Source: Raja brachyura (lineage: Eukaryota). From it: a stretch of 64,000 bases of DNA. Both the position numbers and the translations under genes were made by a program. The notes below the pieces were generated by a model. The model saw nothing but the letters and a program-made list of their open reading frames with translations. It was not told the DNA's origin and made no database searches. The DNA is taken from NCBI GenBank assembly GCA_963514005.1, contig OY740820.1, forward strand, positions 22,568,001-22,632,000, given 5' to 3'. Below, in pieces: positions 53,775 to 64,000 of this stretch (its first letter is position 1; every line of letters begins with the position of its first letter).

Positions 53775-55748
53775 GGGGAGTCGTGGACAGGGGAAGCGAG
53801 GGGAGTCGTGGACAGGGGAAGCGAGGGGAGTCGTGGACAGGGGAAGCGAGGGGAGTCGTGGACAGGGAAGTGAGGGGAGTCGTGGACAGGGGAAGCGAGG
53901 GGAGTCGTGGACAGGGGAAGCGAGGGGAGTCGTGGACAGGGAAGTGAGGGGAGTCGTGGACAGGGGGAGTCGTGGACAGGGGAAGTGAGGGGAGTCGTGG
54001 ACAGGGGAAGCGAGGGGAGTCGTGGACAGGGGAAGTGAGGGGAGCCGTGGAAGGGGAAGTGAAGGGAGTCGTAGAGAGGGGAAGTGAGGGGAGTCGTGGA
54101 AGGGAAGTGAGGGGAGTCGTGGACAGGGGAAGCGAGGGGAGTCGTGGAAGGGGAAGTGAAGGGAGTCGTAGAGAGGGGAAGTGAGGGGAGTCGTGGACAG
54201 GGGAAGTGAGGGGAGTCGTGGACAGGCGAAGCGAGGGGAGTCGTGGACAGGGAAGTGAGGGGAGTCGTGGACAGGGGAAGTGAGGGGAGTCGTGGACAGG
54301 GGAAGTGAGGGGAGTCGTGGGAGGGGAGTCATGGACAGGGGAAGTGAGGGGAGTCGTGGAGGGGAAGTGAGGGGAGTCGTGGACAGGGGAAGTGAGGGGA
54401 GCCGTGGACAGGGAAGTGAGGGGAGTCGTGGGAGGGGAGTCATGGACAGGGGAAGTGAGGGGAGTCGTGGAGGGGAAGTGAGGGGAGTCGTGGACAGGGG
54501 AAGTGAGGGGAGCCGTGGAAGGGGAAGTGAGGGGAGTCGTGGACAGGGGAAGTGAGGGGAGCCGTGGAAGGGGAAGTGAGGAGAGCCGTGGAAGGGGAAG
54601 TGAGGGGAGTCGTGGACAGGGGAAGTGAGGGGAGTCGTGGACAGGGGAAGTGAGGGGAGTCGTGGAGAGGGGAAGTGAGGGGAGCCGTGGAAGGGGAAGT
54701 GAGGGGAGTCGTGGACAGGGGAAGTGAGGGGAGCCGTGGACAGGGGAAGTGAAGGGAGTCGTAGAGAGGGGAAGTGAGGGGAGTCGTGGACAGGGGAAGT
54801 GAAGGGAGTCGTAGAGAGGGGAAGTGAGGGGAGTCGTGGACAGGGGAAGTGAAGGGAGTCGTAGAGAGGGGAAGTGAGGGGAGCCGTGGAAGGGGAAGTG
54901 AGGGGAGTCGTGGACAGGGGAAGTGAGGGGAGTCGTGGACAGGGGAAGTGAGGGGAGTCGTGGAGAAGGGAAGTGAGGGGAGTCGTGGACAGGGGAAGCG
55001 AGGGGAGTCGTGGACAGGGGAAGTGAGGGGAGTCGTGGAGAGGGGAAGTGAGGGGAGTCGTGGACAGGGGAAGTGAGGGGAGTCGTGGACAGGGGAAGTG
55101 AGGGGAGTCGTGGAGATGGGAAGTGAGGGGAGTCGTGGACAGGGGAAGTGAGGGGAGCCGTGGAAGGGGAAGTGAGGGGAGCCGTGGAAGGGGAAGTGAG
55201 GGGAGCCGTGGAAGGGAAGTGAGGGGAGTCGTGGACAGGGGAAGCGAGGGGAGTCGTGGACAGGGAAGTGAGGGGAGTCGTGGGAGGGGAGTCATGGACA
55301 GGGGAAGTGAGGGGAGTCGTGGAGGGGAAGTGAGGGGAGTCGTGGAAGGGGAGGGGAGTCATGGACAGGGGAAGTGAGGGGAGTCATGGACAGGGGAAGT
55401 GAGGGGAGTCGTGGACAGGGGAAGTGAGGGGAGTCGTGGAAGGGAAGTGAGGGGAGTCGTGGAAGGGAAGTGAGGGGAGTCGTGGAAGGGAAGTGAGGGG
55501 AGTCGTGGAAGGGAAGTGAGGGGAGTCGTGGAGAGGGGAAGTGAGGGGAGTCGTGGAGAGGGGAAGTGAGGGGAGTCGTGGAGTGGGGAAGTGAGGGGAG
55601 TCGTGGACAGGGGAAGTGAGGGGAGTCGTGGACAGGGGAAGTGAGGGGAGTCGTGGAGTGGGGAAGTGAGGGGAGTCGTGGACAGGGGAAGTGAGGGGAG
55701 TCGTGGACAGGGGAAGTGAGGGGAGTCGTGGACAGGGGAAGTGAGGGG
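53775..55748. repeat. G-rich minisatellite, 24-25-bp unit, roughly 80 copies
   Basis: Unit ggggagtcgtggacaggggaagtga with variants (gcga/gtga, gaca/gaa/gaga, gtcgt/gccgt/gtcat). Starts about 50 nt after the PPCDC donor. Confidence 0.97.
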
Positions 55749-56228
55749 GGGAATGGTGAGAGGTGGAGGGGAAGAGTGAGGGGAGTAGCAGAGTGGAAGA
55801 GTGAAGGAGTAGTGGAGTGAGGGAGTTGGGAGAGGTGGAGGGGCATTAAGGGTGGAATAGAGGACGGGGAGTCAGGGAGGGCGATAGTGAGGGGGGAGTC
55901 GTGGAGGGGGGTGTTGGGAGAGTTGTAGGGGAAGTGAGGAGAGGGGGATAGTGAGGGGAGTGGGCAATAACTCAGCGGTCAGTCAGCATCTCTGGAGAAC
56001 ATGGATAGGTGATGTTTCGGCTCGAGACCCTTCTTCAGACTGCCTGAAGCCTCAACCCTATTTGAATAAAGGTCCCAATTGGAAATGTTATATCCATGTT
56101 CACCAGAGATGCTGCCTTACCTGCTTGAGTTACTCCAGCACTTTGTGTCTGTTTGTATATTATACAGCATCTGCAGTTTCTTGTTTCTACACTCATACTT
56201 CCTACGTTCATATCAAATCATAAATGTA

Positions 56229-57039
56229 CAGTAGACCTTCGTTGTTGCAGACCTCTTTATAACAAACTTTGGTTATCGCGGACTGACTCTAAACACAGCT
56301 GCTGGTTACACTGCAGAGACTATTGAAATTGACAATTTTTTGAAATTGACTAGGCATTGAAATTGACATCAAGTTCAAAGTTTATTGTCATGTGTCTCTG
56401 ATAGGACAATGACATTTGTGCTTTGCTTTAGCACACCAGAGCATAGCAGGCACGAATACAGAACAGATCAGTGTGTCCATATACCATTGTATAAATATAT
56501 ACACACATGAATAAATAAACTGATAAAGTGCAAATAACAGATTATGGGCTATTAATGTTCAGAGTTTTGCCCGAGCCGAGTTTAGTAGCCTGATGGCTGT
56601 GGGGAAGTAGCTATTCCTGAACCTGGTCATAGCAGTCTTCAGACTCCTGTACCTTCTACCTCAAGGTGTATGAAATAAGAGGAGATGAGTGTATGGCCCA
56701 GATGGTGTGGGTCCTTGATGATGCTGCCAGCCTTTTTGAGGCAGCGACTGTGATAGATCCCCTCGATGGAAGGGAGGTCAGAACCGATGATGGACTGGGA
56801 GGTGTTTACTACTTTTTGTAGTCTTGGATTTGAAATTGACAAGCAATCGCTTTGGGCATTTAGCTCTATTAAACAATGTAACAAACAGCCTTTATATATT
56901 TATCAGTAACAAAAAATATTTTTTAGCTGTTAAATAGAACTTTGCATTTAAAAACAATTTGTTGTTTCACGGCAATAACGGACACTATTCCCCCCCCCCC
57001 CCCCCCCCACCCACGGTTCGTTATAACAAGGGTTTACTG
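56229..57039. mobile_element. Tigger/pogo-like MITE hosting the Rex-like insertion
   Basis: TA|cagtagaccttcgtt ... aacaagggtttactg|TA: imperfect terminal inverted repeats with a TA duplication. Confidence 0.7.
56369..56829 (-). mobile_element. Rex1/Babar-like LINE 3' fragment with 12-bp target-site duplication
   Basis: RLQKVVNTSQSIIGSDLPSIEGIYHSRCLKKAGSIIKDPHH; ttgaaattgaca flanks it at 56357-56368 and 56830-56841. Clade assignment is from recall of the C-terminal motif. Confidence 0.75.
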
Positions 57040-57405
57040 TATATGGCAAATAATTTGTTAAAGAAAACTTTAAATCACAACTCAAAGATATGGCAAGACC
57101 CGCTGAGTTACTCCAGCACTTTGTGCCTGTTTTTGTAAACCAACATCTGCTGTTCCTTGTTTCCACAAAACAGCGGAATCTGGGTGCATAATACATATCT
57201 TCACACATCCATCCGGATGGCTGTAAAGAAATTAATTAATTACTCAAAATGCATTAATTGCCCAGCATTGTTCACAGGGTATACAGGAAGTGAATATGAT
57301 GAAATATTGTTGGCTCATAATCTTGTACATGTACGCTCACCGCAGGATCCCCCTTGAGAGCAACGTGAGGACCTATTGGCACTAACGTGGAACTGTGCGG
57401 GTTTA

Positions 57406-57420
57406 CCACTAGATGGTGCT
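57406..57420 (+). promoter_or_regulatory. Candidate CTCF site
   Basis: CCACTAGATGGTGCT closely matches the CTCF core consensus CCACYAGRKGGCRC; lies in non-repeat-looking intronic DNA. Confidence 0.5.
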
Positions 57421-57644
57421 ACATACAAGCAATTAAGGAGAAGACATAAAGTCCTTCATTGTTCTTTATCTCTCCACATCACCGTCTATATCTCTCTTTT
57501 CCCTGATCCCTGACCAGTCTGAAGAAGGGTCTCGACCCGAAACGTCGCCTATCTCCTTCACTCCTTAGATGCTGCTGCACCCGCTGAGTTTCTCCAGCTT
57601 TTTGTGTAATCCTGGAGTAACTGGGTGGGTCAAGTAACATCCAT

Positions 57645-59031
57645 CAACGATTGCATTGGTGCTACCTCCTGCACCCACACACAACTCACTGAGCTAGATA
57701 GGGCTCTTAAAAATAGCGGAGTCAGGGGATATGGGGAGCAGGCAGGAACGGGGTACTGATTGGGGATGATCAGCCATGATCACATTGAATGGTGGTGCTG
57801 GCTCGAAGGGCCGAATGGCCTATTCCTGCACCTATTGTCTATTGACTTCATCAACTTCACCACTAACTTCCATTCGGCACTCAAATACACCTGGACCATT
57901 TCCGTCACTTCCCTACCATTTCATGACCTCACTATCTCCATCGCAGGTGATAGACTTCTGACCGACATCCACCATAAGCCCACTGACTCCCATGGCTATC
58001 TAGACTACACTTCTTCCCACCCTACTTCCTGTAAGGACTCCATCCCCTACTCCCAATTCCTCCGTCTACGCCGCATCTGCTCCCAGGATGAGGTGTTCCA
58101 CACCAGGGCATCTGAAATGTCCTCATTCTACAGGGAACGGGGGTTCCCTTCCCCTACCATAGATGAGGCTCTCACCAGGGTCTCTTCAATATCCCGCAAC
58201 ACTGCTCTCTCTCCCCATCCCCCCCAATCGGAACAAGGGAAGAGCCCCCTAGTCCTCACCTTCCACCGCACTAGCTGTCACGTACAACAAATAGTCCTCC
58301 GTCATTTTCGCCACCTCCAACGTGACCCCACCACTCGCCACATCTTCTCATCTTCCCCCCCCCCCCCCCGTCTACTTTCTGCAAAGACCGCTCCCTCCGT
58401 AACTCCCTGGTCAATTCTTCCCTTCCCACCCCCTCCCCGGGCACTTTCCCTTGCAGGAGATGCTACACTTGTCGCTTTATGTCTCCCCTCAACTCCATTC
58501 AAGGACCCAAGCAGTCGTTCCAGGTGCGGCAGAGGTTCACCAGCACCTCCTCCAACCTCATCTATTGCATCCACTGCTCTAGATGTCAGCTGATCTACAT
58601 CGGTGAGACCAAGCGTAGGCTTGGCGATCGTTTCGCTGAACACCTCCGCTCGGTCCGCGTTAACCAACCTGATCTCTCTGTGGCTCAGCACTTCAACTCC
58701 CCCTCCCATTCCAAACCCAACCTTTCTGTCCTGGGCCTCTTCCATGGCCAGAGTGAGGACCACCGGAAATTGGAGGAACAGCCCCTCATATTCCGCTTGG
58801 GCAGTCTGCACCCTAGCGGCCTGAACATTGACTTCTCCAATTTCCGGTAGCCCTTGCTGTCTCCTCCCCTTACTAGCTCTCCCTCAGCCCTCGGACTCCT
58901 CCTCTTCCTTTCTTCTTCCCCACCCACCCTGCATCAGTCTGAAGAAGGGTTTCGACCCGAAACGTTGCCTATTTCCTTCGCTCCATAGATGCTGCCTCAC
59001 CCGCTGAGTTTCTCCAGCACCTTTGTCTACC
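57645..59031 (+). mobile_element. 5'-truncated, frameshifted Penelope-like element (RT C-terminal part, GIY-YIG endonuclease, terminal repeat)
   Basis: Begins at a degenerate YIDD motif (INDCIGATSCTHTQLT). Continues DFINFTTNFH...LPFHDLTI...KPTDSHGYLDYTSSHP...SIPYSQFLRLRRICS, then GIY-YIG NLIYCIHCSRCQLIYIGETKRRLGDRFAEH...HF...LIFRLGSLHPSGLNIDF. Flanked by aacatccat at 57636-57644 and 59032-59040. Interrupted by a CR1 3' end. Confidence 0.9.
57693..57843 (+). mobile_element. CR1-type LINE 3' end inserted into the Penelope-like element
   Basis: ELDRALKNSGVRGYGEQAGTGY* followed by the same 3' UTR and ctattgtctatt tail as the other CR1 copies. Confidence 0.85.
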
Positions 59032-60110
59032 AACATCCATTTAAGTTCATTTTAAGTACAGATGCTGCCTACACCAGCACTTTGCGTCTTTTTTTGGTAA
59101 ACCAGCATCTGCAGTTCCTTGTTTCTGCAAGCAAATACATTTCACTTCATTCCATCTTGCTTGATTAGAGAGCATCATCAACATTGACATCCAAATCCTT
59201 AGTCATCTAAGCCTTCCTCCCCAAAGCAAACCACCTCTCTGACATAGACCTATACAGCACGGAAACAGGCCCATGCCATCCAAGATGCCCCATGTTCTAC
59301 ACTATCCATGTATCTGCCCAAATGTTTCCATGGTACTCACCTCAACCACCTCCTCCGGCAGCTCATTCCATAGACCCGCACCGTCTGTGTAACAAGGCTG
59401 CCCCTCAGGTTCCTACTGTTCCCAGCAAGTGGTTGCCATTCAATTCTTGCCGTTTTTTACACGTGTGACTTACTTTGGTTTTACTTTTCCCAACCAAGAC
59501 GAGCAGCCCGTTGAACAGTACATCCCTTCCAATTCCAATGTGAGTGGTTCGCAGCATAGAGACAAGAAACTGCAGATACTGGTGAAAAATGTTACTTTTA
59601 TAACAACTAAACCGGTTCGCTTCTTAATAAACAGACAACTTACAAATGTTTGGTAGACCAGTTCAAAACTTTACTTATTATGGGCCGATGGAAGGGAGGG
59701 AGAACTCTAGTCAAGTGAGCAATACAGACACTTCACTGTCCTTAGTCCACTTCCTCGAACAACGGAATTACATCGTATTATATAGTGTTTTTTTGTCACC
59801 TTAGCACATTCCACAAACATTAGTTATGGTCAGAGGTACAGGAAATAAAGATCACTGCAGGATGCGCCTGAGTGGTCTCGTCACATCAAAGGCATCTTGT
59901 CATATGGTACAAGGGTTACATATCGAAGGCTTCAGCCATTTGTCAAAATGTCAATCAAAATTTGTCAATCTAGTTTCCACTCTCGTCACCTCCTCCCTCA
60001 TAAACATCGGACATTTGGTGCAAGGCATTTTACATGTCAAATACATCAGCCATTGCATACCTCAAAGGCATCGGACATTTGTCCCAATACCCCTTACTGG
60101 GATTAATCTG

Positions 60111-61141
60111 TAGCAATGTTACAAAATTTTGAGATTTTAAAAATCAAGTCTGCAATTTATCCCATCAGATAAAGCATAAAAAGAAGTTTAATTTGACGCC
60201 TAATTCACTTTCATATCTTCAGTATTAAAAAAGTTATGGCCATTTTCATACTCGGAAATTAGCATCTTGTTCCCTATTGCTTTTCTATTGACTTAACACA
60301 AAAGTTGTGATCGAGGACAGTCAAAAGCCCATAACTTTCTTAACAATTAAGAGAACTGAAAGAAATTTTCAGTTATTATAGATTGAAGCATTCCGAAACA
60401 AATATGAAGCAATCTTACTTGGATGACCTGAAATTAAAGCATATAATTAGTTAGTTACCCAATTGTAGCTAATTACAAAATTCAATTACTAGATCTAAAC
60501 ATCTATCCATTTCTTAAGAAAAAATTACCATTTTGTTCAAAGCCTAAGCGTCCAAATAACATTCACACAATAATTCACAATATAACATGATTTTTAAATC
60601 TAATTGTCATTAATTTATAGGCCAAATTGAAGGAATTTAGTGTTTAATGCCTGAAGATTAATGGCCATTTAAATCAACTTGCGAGTGGGATTTTCTGGAA
60701 CGGGATGGATTGGAACGTTGCGGTGAATTTAAACCCCATATCGGCAGGAAAAAGTCTGCCGGTTCGTATGGGGAATAAATCACCGTTTTGCAACGTTAAA
60801 TGTTGATTAAGGTCATCTAAACAAGCAAGTTTATATGTAAAAATAAACAGCTTTCACTTACCTGTCCCCTACGTAAAATCCGTCCCCGTTGTCGCCGTTC
60901 ACGGCATTAGGAGCTAATTTTTATTTTACTCCAGCGCTGAAATAGTCAGGGATTTTTTTTTATAAATTCACTTACCGGCAGTCGGAACAAATTTCCAGAA
61001 AAAGCTCGCACTCTTTGAAAATAAAGTCCGGATGGCAAGGGAAAACCGCATTTTAACCCCGCCCCCAAAGGCGCCAAAGTCGTGCACACGGCCAGTGACA
61101 GAACTGCAGCACCGCTAAGGGTAAGTTTTGTAAAATACCTA
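60111..61141. mobile_element. Probable non-autonomous DNA transposon (~1 kb)
   Basis: Imperfect TIRs tagcaatgttacaaaattt and aagttttgtaaaataccta, TAG...CTA termini, no ORF, CpG-rich right arm. TSD not evident. Confidence 0.55.
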
Positions 61142-61470
61142 TATCTCTCTCGTCAAATGCTGGACGCATTTTAAAGTAATTCATTATCTCAATACACAGC
61201 AACCTGAGGCAAGCCTAATTTGAGACTAAATATAAACTGTAAGACAGCCCAGGAACCAATTAAATATCTTCTTATATTTTTTACTTAATTCAGCCTTATC
61301 ACTGGAATCCTGAGCAAAGCACAGAGTGCTGGAGGAACCCGGCGGATCAGGCAGCATCTGCGGGAGGAAGGGGCAGACGATGTTTCCCTCCTCCACCCTA
61401 GACGTCCTACCAGTTCCACTGTTTGAGTCCTTGTATTCCTCTCATTAGCACATTCTTCCTAGCCACGCCA

Positions 61471-61784
61471 GGGTGGCACGGTGGCACAGCAGTAGCATTG
61501 CTGCCTTACAGCGATTACAGCGCCACAGACCCGGGTTCGATCCTGACTACGGGTGCCTGTCCGTGCGTAGTTTGTACGTTCTCCCCTGTGACCTGCGTGG
61601 ATTTTCTCCAAGAACTTGCGTTTCCTTCCACACTTGAAAGACGGACACGTTTGTCGGTTAATTAGCTTGGTGTAAAGGCAAATAATTGTCCCTGGTGTAG
61701 GATAGTGTGAATGTGCGGGGATTGTTGGTCGGTGCGGACACAGTGGGCCGAAGGGGCTCTTTCCGCGCAGTATCTCTAAACTAA
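61471..61784 (+). mobile_element. Near-complete tRNA-derived SINE (HE1/V-SINE-like)
   Basis: Box A-like tggcacagcagtag, box B ggttcgatcc, core tttgtacgttctcccc.gtgacctgcgtgg, tail tatctctaaactaaa. Confidence 0.85.
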
Positions 61785-62974
61785 ATAATGGGCCATTATG
61801 GACTCCATCCTTCCTGAGGTCATCTGTTGCCGGCTCTGAGTTGTTCTGGCCTTTTCTTGTCTAAAGTCCCAGTCTGAAGAAGGGTCCCGACCTGAAACGT
61901 TACCTACACTTTTCTCCAAAGATGCTGCCTGATCTGCTGAGTTACTCCAGCATTTTGTGTCCGTGTCCAGTCCAAACCAGCATGTGCAATTCCTTCCTCC
62001 ACACCAGGCAAGGTAGGTTGAGCATCTTTCCCTGGACGCTACCCTTATTTTTATGATTTTATTTCCCTGTGTAAATGGAGTTTTCCAGTACATCATCCAT
62101 GGAGACTCTTGACCCCTGAAGGGATGTCAAACAGGGGTCTAGAGTCTAGACAGGGTCTAGGTGACCCCAAACAGAGTGTCTACTCTCCACATCAACCTCA
62201 GGGGAGATTGCTATCGTTGGTCAGACATAGAGAGCAGTGAAAAGTGAGAGTTGTGTTCACTGCTGGTCAGCCATGTGTTCAGGATACTCGATACGATTAC
62301 AATCAAGCCATTTACAGTGTATAGATACACGATAAGGGAGTTAAAGTAAGAAATGTTGCTGCAGGAGTGGAGATTTAAGAGTGTGGAGCCATTGTAATAT
62401 GTGGCTAGCAGGCAATTGGTCGCTTGGGTTAGACTTGATGGGCCAAATGGCCTAATTCTGCTCCTATCACTTATGGACCATTCACCTTGACAAGGAGGAT
62501 AAAGGTGGACTTTATTTAACCTTGGCGCTTCATAGCATCATTGCAGCATGATGGTGCAAGTGTGGCCATTGGTGAAAGTGGTGGTGCATAAATTGGTTTG
62601 GCAGTAAATCTCAGGAATGGCAGTGTGCCAACAAGAGTGGCTTTACAGTTATGGCGGCAATGTGCTCGAACAGTGATAAGCTATTTAATGAGGTGGGGTT
62701 TTTAACAACCTTGTGGTGTTGCGACATCACTCAACGTTTTATAGCACCTGCCAATTGTTCAGAAAATGGCTGTGGGAAAAAGATGAACGTGTGGGGAGAA
62801 GGTCACTGTGATCTCGCTCTCGTTGTTGCGTCCACTGTGCCCCTACACATCACAAAGTACCCTGTGGTTTGTTTGATGGACTGGAAAATTAACCTGAAAC
62901 AATCCGTTCTCTCTGCCTGAGTGAAAAGACCGTTGAATGCAGAACCAAAATGATTCTTTTCATAAAGATCTTGA

Positions 62975-63685
62975 AGCACTTAGAATATACATAGAACAGT
63001 ATAGCAGAGGAACAGGCCCTTAAGCCCGCAATATCTGTGCAAACATGATGCCAGGTTAAACTAACCTCCTGTGTCTGCACAGGATTCATATCCCTCTATT
63101 ACTTGAATATCCATGTGATTGTCATACAGCATGGAAACAGCCCCTTTGGCCCAACTTGCCCACACCGGCCCCCAACATGTCCCAGCTACCACTAGTCCCA
63201 CCTGCCCACGTTTGGTCCATATCCCCGTCCTATCCATGTATCTGTCTAACCGTGTCTTAAACGTTGGGATAGTACCTGCCTCAACTACCTCCTCTGGCAG
63301 CTTGTTCCATGCACCCACCACCCTTTGGGTGTGAAAAGTTACCCTTTAGATTCTTATTAAATCTTTTCCTCTTCACCTTAAACCTATGTCCTCTGGTCCT
63401 CCATTCCCCTACTCTAGGGAAGAGACTTGGTGCGTCTATCCGATCTATTCCTCTCATGATTTTGTACACCTCTATAACATCACCCCTCATCCCCCCCCTG
63501 CTCCAAGGAATAGAGTCCCAGTCTACTCAACCTCTCCCTATAACTCAGACCCCCTAGTCCTGGCAACATAGAAAATAGGTCCTGGAGTAGGCCATTTGGC
63601 CCTTCGAGCCAGCACCGCCATTCAATATGATCATGGCTGTTCATCCAAAATCAGTACCACGTTCCTGCTTTCTCCCCATATTCCT
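62975..63685 (-). mobile_element. Cluster of CR1-type LINE 3' fragments
   Basis: ORFs MRGDVIEVYKIMRGIDRIDA... and GAWNKLPEEVVEAGTI.TFKTRLDRYM; several separate 3' tails. Confidence 0.85.
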
Positions 63686-64000
63686 GGCTGCGCATTCCAA
63701 GCACCGACCACTTGTGTAAACAAAACTTGACTTGCGCATCTCATTTAAACTTTGCCCCATCGCACCTGAAAGCATTGGCCTCTGGTCTTTGATGCTTGCA
63801 CCTTGTTAAAAGCAAAGATCCTATAGCGGAGCAAGATAGATCATTCCTTCTAAATGCAATGGGATGACGTGTAGTACGCAACGGAGAGAAACGTGGGCCT
63901 TTTTTTCATCCATTTCAGTGACCCGACCCGACCCGCAGTGTAATCAACGTTGTGGGGGAACAGTTTGTGTTAATAAATTAAAATTCTGAAAATGAGGAGA

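Noticed and set aside
53545-55846. 605-aa, 537-aa and other repetitive ORFs
   Set aside because: Translations of the 25-bp minisatellite; open in several frames with no coding signature.
61471-61550. tRNA-like box A/box B sequence
   Set aside because: It is the head of a multi-copy SINE with core and tail attached, not a tRNA gene.
62651-62985. Possible next PPCDC exon or a REC114 exon
   Set aside because: The frames I read showed no convincing similarity to either protein.
63790-64000. CpG-containing segment with acccg repeats at the window end
   Set aside because: Probably the start of another interspersed repeat, but truncated by the window, so no structure can be supported.

Overview
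Eukaryotic, vertebrate genomic DNA. The repeat content (tRNA-derived HE1/V-SINE-like SINEs, CR1 3' ends, Penelope-like elements) suggests a cartilaginous fish, probably a skate or ray; this is inference. The window holds a complete + strand neuroplastin gene (NPTN). I could place 8 coding exons with canonical GT-AG sites and consistent phases: 3417-3513, 20478-20825, 27164-27335, 29829-29923, 35632-35765, 36777-37050, 45958-45982 and 48019-48079. These total 1206 nt, a 401-aa Np65-type protein, or 285 aa (Np55-type) if exon 2 is skipped. A probable non-coding last exon starts at 49397. About 3 kb downstream are the promoter (2 CRE sites plus a ZNF143-type motif) and first recognisable coding exon of PPCDC, followed by a 2-kb G-rich 25-bp minisatellite. 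Introns are full of retroelement fragments and MITEs. The most interesting observations are: (i) a family of palindromic, TSD-flanked mini-elements derived from a Penelope-like element, carrying a minimal hammerhead-ribozyme-like motif, with a coding relative in the same window; (ii) a CR1 fragment flanked by a 109-bp direct repeat at the NPTN promoter; (iii) a ~35-bp-periodic array of CTCF-like motifs upstream of NPTN; (iv) a candidate alternative cytoplasmic or terminal NPTN exon at 44436. Most ORFs in the supplied track are spurious. No database searches or folding computations were run.
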